This document shows positions 52,830 to 64,000 of a DNA stretch of 64,000 bases, piece after piece (positions within the stretch are counted from its first letter, which is position 1; each line of letters begins with the position of its first letter). Origin of the DNA: Eledone cirrhosa (Eukaryota); NCBI GenBank assembly GCA_964016885.1, contig OZ024752.1:42780001-42844000 (forward strand). Direction: 5' to 3'. The position numbers and the translations under genes were made by a program. The notes under the pieces were generated by a model. The model searched no databases, was not told the origin of the DNA, and worked only from the letters and a program-made list of their open reading frames with translations.

Positions 52830-53342
52830 TGGCAGGGACACATTTTACATCTGGTCTGGGGTATACTACCTTATTTGGAGGGCTATATTTTATATCTGGC
52901 CTGGGTATACTAGCTGTTTTGGGAGGCCTACATTTTACATCTGGTGTAGGGTTTACTACTTGCTTTGGGAGGCCTATATTTAACATCTGGCCTGGGTTTA
53001 CTACTTGCTATTGGGGTCTATATTTTACATCTTGTCTAGAGTATACTAGTTGCTTTGGGAGGCCTACATTTTACATCTGGTGTAGGGTTTACTACTTGCT
53101 TTGGGAGGCCTATATTTTACATCTGGTGTAGGGTGTACTACTTGCTTTGGGAGGCCTACATTTTACATCTGGCCTGGGTTTACTGCTTGCTTTTATGGTC
53201 TATATTTTACATCTGGTCTGGGGTATACCATCTGTTTTGGGGGCCTATATTTTACATCTGTTATGAGTATACTATGTGATTTGGGATGCCTACATTTTTC
53301 ATCTGGCCTGGGTTTACTACTCACTTTGGGGGTCTATTTTGA
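52830..53342. repeat. Degenerate ~47-bp minisatellite
   Basis: Recurrent ATTTTACATCTGG...ACTACTTGCTTTGGGAGGCCT. Confidence 0.85.
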
Positions 53343-53814
53343 ACCTATTACAAGTTATGTATGGACCTGGGTTTAACCTGTTAAATCATAGAGATTAAAA
53401 AAGTGACATGTGACTTCATCACAAATAATTAAAAAATTCAAATACTCACACGGAACTTCTCACTTTCCTCACAATGGATTCTTCCATAGTTTAAGTATCT
53501 ATATCCATTTCCGCCAGTTTACCAGCTAGACGTTGGAACCATAGCGTATCCCTTCATCATCATCATCATCCTCATTATGATCATGGCCATCATCATATAA
53601 AGATACTTTGCATGAAACCTGAACCCATTCCACACTTCTCTGCTGAATAGCAAACAATTATGCCATCATCATCGCCTCCATCACCATCACCATCACCATT
53701 TTACATTTGCTTTCCCTGCCAGCATGGGTGAGACGGTTTGTCAGGGTTTAAGACTAGACAGGTAAGAGACTCTCACCTTGTTCATACGTTCCATTGATGC
53801 CTTTCATAACACTG

Positions 53815-54840
53815 ACCATTTTACTGAGTGTACTGGGTGCATTTTATTGTAGCGCCAGCACCTGTCACATTTCAGAGTGTACTGGGTGCTTGTTATTATA
53901 GCACCAGCATCGTCACATTTCAGAGTGTACTGGGTGCATTTTATTGTGGCACCAACACTGTCGCATTTCAGAGTGTACTGGGTGCATTTTATTGTAGCGC
54001 CAGCACTGTCACATTTGAGAGTGTACTGGGTGCATTTTATTGTAGCACCAGCACTGTCACATTTCAGAGTGTACTGGGTGCATTTTATTATAGCACCAGC
54101 ACTGACACATTTCAGAGTGTACTGGGTGCATTTTATTGTAGCACCAGCACTGTCACATTTCAGAGTGTACTGGGTGCATTTTATTGTAGCACCAGCACTG
54201 TCACATTTCAGAGCGTAGTGGGTGCATTTTATTGTGACACCAGTACAACCACTTTACTGAGTGTAGTGGATGCATTTTATTGTGGTACCAGCACCACCAT
54301 TTTACTGAGTGTAGTGGATGCATTTTATTGTGGTACCAGTACAACCATTTTACTGAGTGTAGTGGATGCATTTTATTGTGGTACCAGTACAACCATTTTA
54401 CTGAGTGTAGTGGATGCATTTTATTGTGGTACCAGTACAACCACTTTACTGAGTGTAGTGGATGCATTTTATTGTGGTACCAGTACAACCACTTTACTGA
54501 GTGTAGTGGATGCATTTTATTGTGGTACCAGTACAACCACTTTACTGAGTGTAGTGGATGCATTTTATTGTGGTACCAGTACAACCACTTTACTGAGTGT
54601 AGTGGATGCATTTTATTGTGGTACCAGTACAACCACTTTACTGAGTGTAGTGGATGCATTTTATTGTGGTACCAGTACAACCACTTTACTGAGTGTAGTG
54701 GATGCATTTTATTGTGGTACCAGTACAACCACTTTACTGAGTGTAGTGGATGCATTTTATTGTGGTACCAGTACAACCATTTTACTGAGTGTAGTGGATG
54801 CATTTTATTGTGGTACCAGCACCACCATTTTACAGTGTGC
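53815..54840. repeat. 48-bp SINE-tail minisatellite with two sub-arrays
   Basis: GAGTGTACTGGGTGCATTTTATTGT units, then GAGTGTAGTGGATGCATTTTATTGTGGTACCAG units. Confidence 0.95.
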
Positions 54841-56966
54841 ACAGAAAACACTATCCAACTCTTAACTGGTAACTTTTTTTTTTAGCTAGTTCAATGACCA
54901 TGTGGTAGGTCTCTCATTGGACATTTTAGTCATACCATTGGCTTCCCACTCATGTTTAGATAGTTAATGTCAAACATTTCTTCTTTGAGGCAACAGTTTT
55001 TTATGACTTGTTTACTTTCAAATAAATAAATATAGAAATCAATAAATCTTCTCACTGACAGGTAACTTTAAACACCTGTATCTTAATTAGAGAGCTTACC
55101 TATTGTTACAACTCTAACAACAGCCATACATACACGTATACACACACACAGATATATATATATATATAAAAAAGAAAATGTTGCTCTACATGGCTGAATA
55201 CAATAAATGTAATCTGAGTTTTTTTAATATTAATAATTGTTTCTACTTTTGGCACAAGGCCAGCAATTACCCCAGTGTATTACTGGTACTTTGTTTTATC
55301 GACCCCGTAAGGATGAAAGGCAAAGTTAACCTCGGCGGGATTTGAACTCAGTCCGTAAAGGGACGTAACTGCGCTGCAAAGCATGGCGCCCGACACTCTA
55401 CCGATACTGCCAATTCACCGCCCTTTTGTTTGCAATTATGCATTGAGGCTTGTTTGCATAATTGCAAATGAGGGTGAGAGAAAGGAAGTGAGAAAGAGAT
55501 ATAGAGGGAGAATTAACCCCAGTACTAGACTGGTACTTTTTTTTATTGGCCTTGAATGGATGAAAAGCAATGTTGACCATACCTGGATTGAACTCAGAGA
55601 GCAGAAAACTGCAATGAATACCATAAAGCTCTGACATTCTAACGACTCTGCCAATTCACTGCCTAATATAAGAATATAATTAGAGAGAGACCAAAGAAAT
55701 GTTAGGAAGCCGAGATGATGTGTGACCAAGATATATGGAGGAATGGTACACTGCAAACATGTTTAACCCTTTAGTATTTAAACCGGACATATCCGGCCAG
55801 AATTATCTCACCTCCTGTTTAAACTGACTGCAACTGGCCACTCATACTGACGTTAAGGTATTGTTCTAAAAATAAATAATATCAAAATCTCATAGATTTA
55901 ATATTATGTGAGATAATTATGTAAGATAAAGCCTTCACTGTGAAAATATAATAGTATATATAGAGTAATGTAAATGCTAAAGGGTTAACCCACACGGCGA
56001 TACAAAACTGATGATGTGTTTGTGTATGTATGTGTGTGTTCGTGCATGACTGCGTGTGTGTTGTTGTTGCATAGCTGTGTGTGTGTGTTAGTGCATATAA
56101 TTATGTTTGTGTATTTACAACTTATACAAAATACTGAATGAACAACTACATACATATTCATCTCGACTTTGTCTTTCATTTTTTTTAGGGGGGGTTTGAT
56201 AAATAAAATACCAGTCTAGGGCTGTAGACATGGGGTTTTTGTTCTGGCATATTGCATTCTGAGTTCAAATCCTGCCAAGGTCAGCTTTGCTATCCATTCT
56301 TTTGGGGACTGATAAATAAAGTACCAACCTAGGAGTGATGGAATGGTGGAATCATCAGAGAATCGGACGAGATGTCTTTTGGTATCTGTTCTGGATCCTT
56401 GCGGTATTCTGAGTTCAAATCCCACAGCAGCCTACAAGGACGGTGTTCTTAATCTGTTACCCAGTCTAACCCTTTAGCATTTAAACTGGCTGTATCCGGC
56501 TGGAATTCTGTCACTTCTTTCTGTTCAAACCAGCTGTAACCAGCTGCTCATACTGATGTTAAGGTGTTGTTCTCAAAATAAATAATAGATTCTCATAGAT
56601 TCGATATTATGTGGGATAATTATGTGAGATAAAGTGTTTACCATGAAAATGCAATTGTATATATAGAGTAATGTAAATACTAAAGGGTTAACACCTGGTC
56701 CATATGTGGAGTTTACATTTGGGTCAGGTGTTGGGATTTGATGACACCTTCCTCCCTCCCAACAGACTTATAACCCCTGGAAAAACTCATGGGTACAGCC
56801 TTTCCTTCCCTGACTAAGTGATATAAAAAAAAAATACTGAAACAAAGAAACAGACACATATATATGTATGTTTGAGTACGTATATATATATATGTATGTT
56901 TGAGTATGTATATATATATATATATGTATGGATATATGTATGTATGTGTATGTGTATGTATATATA

Positions 56967-56997
<31 letters not shown>

Positions 56998-57138
56998 GTG
57001 TGTGTATGTGTGTATATATGGATGTATGTATGTATATGTGTATGTGTGTGTGTATTTTTGTGTATATTATTACGTACTTGTTCTAAATATGTGTAATTGA
57101 CAGGAGGAAAGCAACTAGATACGAGAGAGGGAGATAGA

Positions 57139-57202
<64 letters not shown>

Positions 57203-58039
57203 GGAAAAATTTGAACAGGGACAAAACAGAGAGGCAGTACAACGAATGTTTATTAATTTCACGCTCTGGAGAGTGGGGTGTTGGTATGAGAGAGAGAGAG
57301 ATAAGGGAGGGATAGAGAGAGAAAGAAAGGTAGATAGGGGATGGGGAGATTGGTTGATCAATAGGTGGGAAAGAGAGAAAGGTAGATAGATAGAGAGAGA
57401 GAGAGAGAAAGAGGTAGAGGTATAGTGTTTGAAGTAGGCCAGAGAGAATAGGAGACAATCTACCAATGTTTGACTGATGTGTCCCAACCACTAGTGTGTG
57501 TGTGTGGAGGTCAGTGTGTGTGTATGTGTGTGTGTGTGTGGAGGTCAGTGTGTGTGTTATTGTGAGTATGTTACAGTGTGTGTACATTCCTCTGTGTGTG
57601 TGTATGTGAGTGTGTGTTACAGTGTGTATACATTCCTGTGTGTTTGTCACTGAGTGTGTATGTGTGTTATTGTGTGTATGTTACAGTGTGTGTGGAGGTG
57701 AGTGTGTGTGTGTATGTTACAGTGTGTGCACATTCATGTGTGTGTGTGTGTGTGGAGGTGAGTGTGTGTGTATGTTACAGTGTGTGCACATTCCTGTGTG
57801 TGTGTATGTGTATTTGTGTGTGTGAATGTGTCTACATGCCTGCTACTGTGTGTGTGTGTGTATCTCTGTGTATGTGTATGTATCTCTGTATGTATGTGTA
57901 TGTATCTCTGTGTGTATGTATGTGTGTGTGTGTTAAAATGAACACTAATCACAGCTGTTACTTCAGTCTTTTATATTTTAGTTGTCAGTCGGACTAAAAA
58001 CCTACTTCTGTCAAATTACTGGATATTTTCCACACTGAA

Positions 58040-58076
<37 letters not shown>

Positions 58077-58234
58077 TATAAATACACACACAAATACACT
58101 GACATACACACACACACTGACACACACATACACACATACTTCATCAACTACAAGATTGTTCTGACAAAAGTTTACAAGTTCTGGACCAACATAAGAAAAG
58201 AGGGGAAACAAAAAATACACACACACGTATATAT

Positions 58235-58273
<39 letters not shown>

Positions 58274-58927
58274 AATACACACACACACACTGACACACAT
58301 ACACACAAATTGAAAACATTGCGGTAGGCAAATCCCAACCACGCAATATCCAAGTAACGAAAGAACTAACAGGTTAAAAAGATATATATATATATAAATA
58401 CACGCACACACATATATATATATAAGTTTACAAGTTTTTGACCAACATAAGAAAAGAGGGGAAACAAAAAAAATAAAACAGTTTGAAACAAGAAGCAAAA
58501 AAAAAACCCCACCATTTTTCTCGTTTTTTTTTTATGTCACCATTTTACTGAGTGAAGAGGAAGAACCTGTAGATCTCTCTTTCAGATTTGAACCCCTAAA
58601 ATACATGCTATATGACTGTCACAGCTATTATTATAGTGTCCCATCATATATCTATTATCCCCTAAAATTCGTATCATACGCCCGGTTATAACAGCTATTG
58701 CTGCAGGTGTCCCTAAAACACGTCTGACTGTAACAGCTACTGTTACAAGGTGCTGCTCCCTGCTACAGATTTGTTTCGCCCCACCCCTGCTAAAATACAT
58801 ATCATACAACTGTAACTAACTACTATTACTACAGCGAACCCTACATTTAATCCCTAAAATACATGTCAAACGATCATAACACCTATTATTACAGAGTGTC
58901 CACTATGAATATTGATGATTATTTCAG

Positions 58928-58969
58928 TGATAAAAACAAACATGTTCAGTTACCGTGGGAAGATACATG
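58928..58969 (+). CDS. PICK1: Candidate PICK1 42-nt cassette exon
   Basis: tttcag|T...TG|gtgagt. Symmetric phase 2-2, open: DKNKHVQLPWEDT. Confidence 0.5.
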
Positions 58970-59529
58970 GTGAGTAGACATAATGATAATAATAATAATT
59001 GTTTCTACTTTTGGCACAAGGCCAGCAATTATCCCAGTGCATTACTGGTACTTTATTTTATCGACCCGGTAAGGATGAAAGGCAAAGTTAACCTCGACGG
59101 GATTTGAACTCAGTCTGTAAAGGGACGTAACTATGCTGGAAAACATGGCGTCCGACCCTCTACCGATACTGCCAAATAATGGTTTCTTATATAGGCACAA
59201 GGCAAGCAATTTTTTTTGGGGGGGGGGGGGGGGGAGTCGATTAAATCAGTCTCATTGCATTACTGGTACTTTATTTTATCGACCCCGTAGTAAAGATGAA
59301 AGGCAAAGTTAACCTCGGCGGTATTTGAACTCAGAATAATAACAATAATAATAATTCTTTCTACTCTTGGCACAAGGCCAGCAATTATCCCTGTGTATTA
59401 CTGGTACTTTATTTTACTGGTACTTTATTTTAAGTGGACAAGACTAAAGGGACTAAAGACATAATGTCCCCAATATCTTGGCTTCTAAACAAGACTGAAG
59501 GGGTTAAAGAAAGACACATTCCTCTTTAG

Positions 59530-59604
59530 TGAAGGTTTCGCTGACCTGGAAAGGAAGGTGATGGTGGAGAGGGAGGCACTCTATTCCAGTAAATATAACA
59601 GAAG
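59530..59604 (+). CDS. PICK1: Candidate PICK1 75-nt cassette exon
   Basis: ttcctctttag|T...AAG|gtgagt. Symmetric phase 2-2, open: EGFADLERKVMVEREALYSSKYNR. Confidence 0.55.
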
Positions 59605-59894
59605 GTGAGTAAATGTAGCAAAAAGGGCAACAGTTTGCTCTCAGCTTGTGCCTGTAGGTCAAACAGCGACAGTTGGGAGAGGGTGCTCACCCTTGGTGGT
59701 CAGGGTGTTTGTGGGCCTGTGGGTTCCTCAATTAGCCCTAGGTATTCAGCTCTGCCTCAGGAGGACTGAATGTACCTAATTTGTATGCTAACATAGTATA
59801 TACTTGTTACCCAGCTTTGTCTCTGATCGCTTCTAGTATGACTTAGGTGGTCGTATCAGACATTATGGAGGACTCTGTTTCAATGTCTAAAGTG

Positions 59895-60289
59895 TCATCA
59901 TAGTCATCACCATCCTCACCATCATCACCATCACCATCATCACCATCACCATCACCATCGTTGTCATCATCACCATCATCCCCACCATCATCGTTGTCAT
60001 CATCATCATCATCATCATCACCATCATCATCACCATCACCGCCATCATCATCACCATCATCATCACCATCATCCCCACCACCATCGTTGTCATCATCATC
60101 ATCATCATCACCATCACCATCACCACCATCACCATCATCATCATCATCATCACCATCATCCCCACCACCATCGTTGTCATCATCATCATCATCATCATCA
60201 CCATCATCACCATCACCACCATCACCACCATCACCACCATCACCACCATCCCCACCATCACCATCACCAGCATCGTTGTCATCATCATC

Positions 60290-60321
<32 letters not shown>

Positions 60322-60355
60322 TGCCACCATTGTCACCACCACCACCACCACCATC

Positions 60356-60399
<44 letters not shown>

Positions 60400-60830
60400 T
60401 TTGTCTCTATCTAAATCTAATGAATGCTATTTCCATTGCAGGGGTATGACTATAAGTTCTGGATCTGTGACATTGCAGAAAGACAGTCAGAACCTAATTG
60501 GAATCAGTATTGGTGGAGGAGCTCCCCTGTGTCCCTGTCTCTATGTTGTGCAAGTGTTTGACAACACGCCCGCAGCGAAGGACGGCCAGTTGGCTTCAGG
60601 GGATGAGATTGTTGGTGTCAATGGTCAAAGTGTGAAAGGGAAAACCAAAGTTGAAGTGGCCAAAATGATTCAAGCCATTAAGGTAAGTTCCACCATCATC
60701 ACCATCACCATCTCCACCGCCACCACCACCACCACCACCATCATCACCATCACCATCACCATCACCACCATCATCATCACCATCACCATCTCCACCACCA
60801 TCATCATCATCACTATCACCACCATCACCA
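59895..60830. repeat. (CAT/CAC)n tracts flanking the PICK1 PDZ exon
   Basis: Tracts at 59895-60357 and 60690-60830. Confidence 0.9.
60442..60682 (+). CDS. PICK1: PICK1 PDZ-domain exon
   Basis: ttgcag|G...AAG|gtaagt. GMTISSGSVTLQKDSQNLIGISIGGGAPLCPCLYVVQVFDNTPAAKDGQLASGDEIVGVNGQSVKGKTKVEVAKMIQAIK, containing the KD and CPC motifs. Confidence 0.97.
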
Positions 60831-60844
60831 TCCAAAATCACCGG

Positions 60845-61250
60845 GAGAGATGACCCCCTTAGCCTTTGTCAAGGCAGAATTCTAGGAGAAGGAAAACTCT
60901 GATATAACACCTGCAACCCTGATGGTATCCAATGATGTTGACTTGTTCTTCTTTTTGGTAAATATCATTTTGGTTAAGAGAGTGGGACTGGCTTTGTGCA
61001 GTGCCTTTGCTCACTATAAAAGCTTCACGGCACAGGCATTGCTTTATATCTGGAGATCTCTCTGCACTTGTCGTCACATGGTACCATGGGCCCAGCACTA
61101 TGTGTCAATAATTGTCACAAGTGTAGTGTTTGTACCAGAGTTTTCAAGTCGCTGGCTGGACTAAAGTCACATTCGTTCAGCGCATCGGTAGGAGTTCTCC
61201 TACATGGATATAAAGTAGTGGCCATACTCGAAAACGAGTTGGCAGCCACC
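60845..61250 (+). mobile_element. 5'-truncated copy of the RTE-related element at 5296-5878
   Basis: Near-identical sequence; the duplicated ORFs in the track (5482/60859 and 5545/60922) confirm the match. Confidence 0.7.
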
Positions 61251-62282
61251 ATATATATATATATATATAATCATCATCACCGTTTAACGTCTATCTTCCA
61301 CGCTTGCATGGGTTTGGACGGGAATTTTCCCACTTGAGGCAAGATTGGTTGTCTTCCTCGCATAGGACTGTCTGGCGGGTTTTCTACGGCTGGATGCCCT
61401 TCCCAACACCAACCACGTTTACAGTGTGGACTGGGAGGTTTTTACCGTGTTACCTACACGGCCACATTACAGCGTGGACTGCGTGTGTTTTTTTGTCGTG
61501 ACACCTACACGACCTCATTTATTTAGGACTGGATGTTGTGGTACCAACATATCTTTACATCGAAAGGGGTGGTGTGGATGGGGGTAGGGGTGTATTTTGG
61601 TTAAGAGGTGCCTACTGACTATATATACATACAAATAAAAGGCAGATACCCTATAATTAACAAACTCAAAGTATAAATATTGAGCATTATATAATAATAA
61701 GGCGGTGGATTGGCAGTATCGGTAGAGGGTCGGACGCCATGCTTTGATGCATAGAGTTACGGCCCTTTCCATTCTGATTTCAAATCCCGCCAAGGTTAAC
61801 TTTGCCTTTCATCCTTATGGGGTCGATAAAATAAAGTACCAGTAATGCACTAAGTATTTGCTGGCCTTGTGCCAAAAGTAGAAACAATTATATAATAATA
61901 TATGTAGTAATAAGCACGGTAAATTGTGTCGTAATTATAGACACACAATTTACTGTGTTTATTACTACATATATTATTATTATATATTTACTCAGCTGTA
62001 GAAATGAGATGATAGGGACTGGGGTCCCTATCATTCCACTGCAAAGTGGTCGTGCAGGTGCCACGGCAAAAAAGCACCCAGCACTCACTGTAAATGAGGT
62101 TGGTGTTAGGAAGGGCATCCAGCTGTAGAAATCAAGCCAGAACCAGTTCCCGTCCCACCCTTGCAAGCAGGGAAAAAGCGGACGTAAAATGAAATGATGA
62201 TGATGATGATATATATATATATTACGGCAAAGCTTCTATTTCAATATATATATATATCATTTAACATCCATCTTCCACGCTA

Positions 62283-62317
<35 letters not shown>

Positions 62318-63000
62318 GTCGATTGACTTTCGTCAAATCTAACCGAAGAAACAATGTTTCCGTTGGTCTTTCCAATTGCTAATACTATCTATTGGTCACA
62401 ACTCCAGGTAGAAGGAGCAATGTAAGATAAAGGGTTTTGCCCAAGCTCAAGGACATAACTCATCGCCCGGTCCAGGAATGGAACTCACAACCTCACGATT
62501 GTGAATCCAATTCTCTAACCACTCACTCATGCGCCTTCACACACACACATATATATATAGAGAGAAATCTCGCCGTAACATTTGACTAAATAATTGTTTC
62601 TATTTTTGGCACAAGGCCAGCAATTATTTCAGTGTATTACTGGTACTTTATTTTATCGACCCCGTAAGGATGAAAGGCAAAGTTAACCTCGGCGAGATTT
62701 GAGGGCCGTAACTCTATGCGTCAAAGCATGGCGTCCGACCCTCTACCGATACTGCCAATCCACCGAGGGCCTATGAACCCACATATGGGAGCTGATATCC
62801 ATTTTTTTCTGCTCAGTGGGTTCATTGACCAGTTATTGTCTATTCACTGTTACGTTAAGTACTTCTGGTGAGTTTTGTGACAGATGAACTTGTTTGAAAC
62901 TTTGATGTCCTGTTTTGATATAGAGAAAGGGAAGAGGGGTTATTCGATAGTAATTTTGAATGACATTATATTTTGGCTCAACTTGGTACTATATTTCTAG

Positions 63001-63067
63001 GGAGAGGTCACTGTTCATTTCAATAAACTTCATGCTGATCCTAAACAAGGAAAATCATTGGACATTG
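63001..63067 (+). CDS. PICK1: PICK1 exon
   Basis: ttctag|GGA...G|gtgagt. GEVTVHFNKLHADPKQGKSLDI. Confidence 0.95.
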
Positions 63068-63432
63068 GTGAGTAAAATAGGTTTTTAGTTTTGTTTTGAC
63101 ATTAACTCTTTAGTATTTACACTACTCTATATTTACTATTGTATTTTCACGGTAAAGGCTTTATCTCACATAATTATCTCACAAAATTATCTCACATAGC
63201 ATTTACATTACTCTATATTTACTATTGTATTTTCATTTTAAAGGCTTTATCTCACATAATTATCTCGCATAATATCTCACATAGCATTTATATTACTCTA
63301 TATTTACTATTATATTTTCATGGTAAAGGCTTTATCTCATATAATATCTCGCCACCACTGCCTTTTCTACTACTACTACTACTACTACTCTCCATGTATA
63401 TACGTGTTTCTATTTTTTGTTTTGCCTTGCAG

Positions 63433-63522
63433 TATTAAAGAAAGTCAAGCATCGTTTTGTGGAAAATATGAACTCCAACACTGCAGATGCATTAGGCTTA
63501 AGTCGAGCCATCTTGTGCAATG
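63433..63522 (+). CDS. PICK1: PICK1 exon
   Basis: ttgcag|TA...G|gtaagt. (V)LKKVKHRFVENMNSNTADALGLSRAILCN. Confidence 0.96.
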
Positions 63523-63729
63523 GTAAGTTCTTGTGGTTTAACCTTTCTCATACTAAACCTTTTCTGGTTCTATCTTACAAAGCTGTTTGTTTGAAAGTGT
63601 TTATATTTATCTAAAAACCTTGTACTACAATTTATGTAAGAATCTTTATATTCAAATTAAGTAATAACAAACCTCGGTAACACCACATAGAATTGCTAGT
63701 TTTCTGATGAAATTCATAATATTTTGCAG

Positions 63730-63846
63730 ATGGACTTGTGAAGAAACTAGAAGAGCTTGAAAAAACTGCCGAGATGTACTGTGGCTTGATTGAGCATGCT
63801 AAACGGCTATTGAAAGCTACATTTGAACTTTCTCAATCATATAAAA
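63730..63846 (+). CDS. PICK1: PICK1 exon (start of BAR/AH domain; gene continues past window)
   Basis: ttgcag|AT...A|gtaagt. (D)GLVKKLEELEKTAEMYCGLIEHAKRLLKATFELSQSYK. Confidence 0.95.
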
Positions 63847-64000
63847 GTAAGTTTACATTAAAAAAAAAAAAAATTAAAAAAAATTCTTTAACTCTTTAGC
63901 ATTTACATTACTCTATATATACCTTGTGTCTATCTGGTTTAGAATAGGTACACTGTATCCTAGTATGTATCTAGTTTAGAATAGGTACACTGTATCCCAG

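Noticed and set aside
53828-54885. 345-aa repeat ORF, and similar ones at 38856-39976 and 32528-32980
   Set aside because: 48- or 51-bp minisatellites whose unit length is a multiple of three; the 48-bp arrays are SINE-derived.
58586-58700. Strong acceptor CTCTCTTTCAG in PICK1 intron 1
   Set aside because: In-frame TAA follows in the required phase, no clear donor, and the sequence is a degenerate internal repeat.

Overview
AT-rich, microsatellite- and SINE-saturated animal genomic DNA. The repeat families look octopod/cephalopod (inference from recalled repeat families). Two intron-rich + strand genes are present. (1) The 3' part of a heparan sulfate N-deacetylase/N-sulfotransferase (NDST/sulfateless): 10 coding exons, 8359-40293, stop at 40291-40293. 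(2) The 5' part of PICK1: ATG at 48797, PDZ domain and start of the BAR domain, running off the window end, plus two candidate frame-preserving cassette exons. Nearly all ORFs in the supplied track are microsatellite or minisatellite artefacts. The rest of the window holds tRNA-derived SINEs, piggyBac-like and pogo-like MITEs, Helitrons, RTE/CR1 fragments, a Tc1/mariner transposase relic and many minisatellites. The most striking unexplained signal is a dense set (~8-10) of sequence-unrelated minimal type I hammerhead-ribozyme motifs, mostly in short unique islands between (TA)n tracts. Several are duplicated head-to-head in long fold-back palindromes, which fits Penelope-like/retrozyme-type elements. 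All structures were read by eye; no folding or database search was run.
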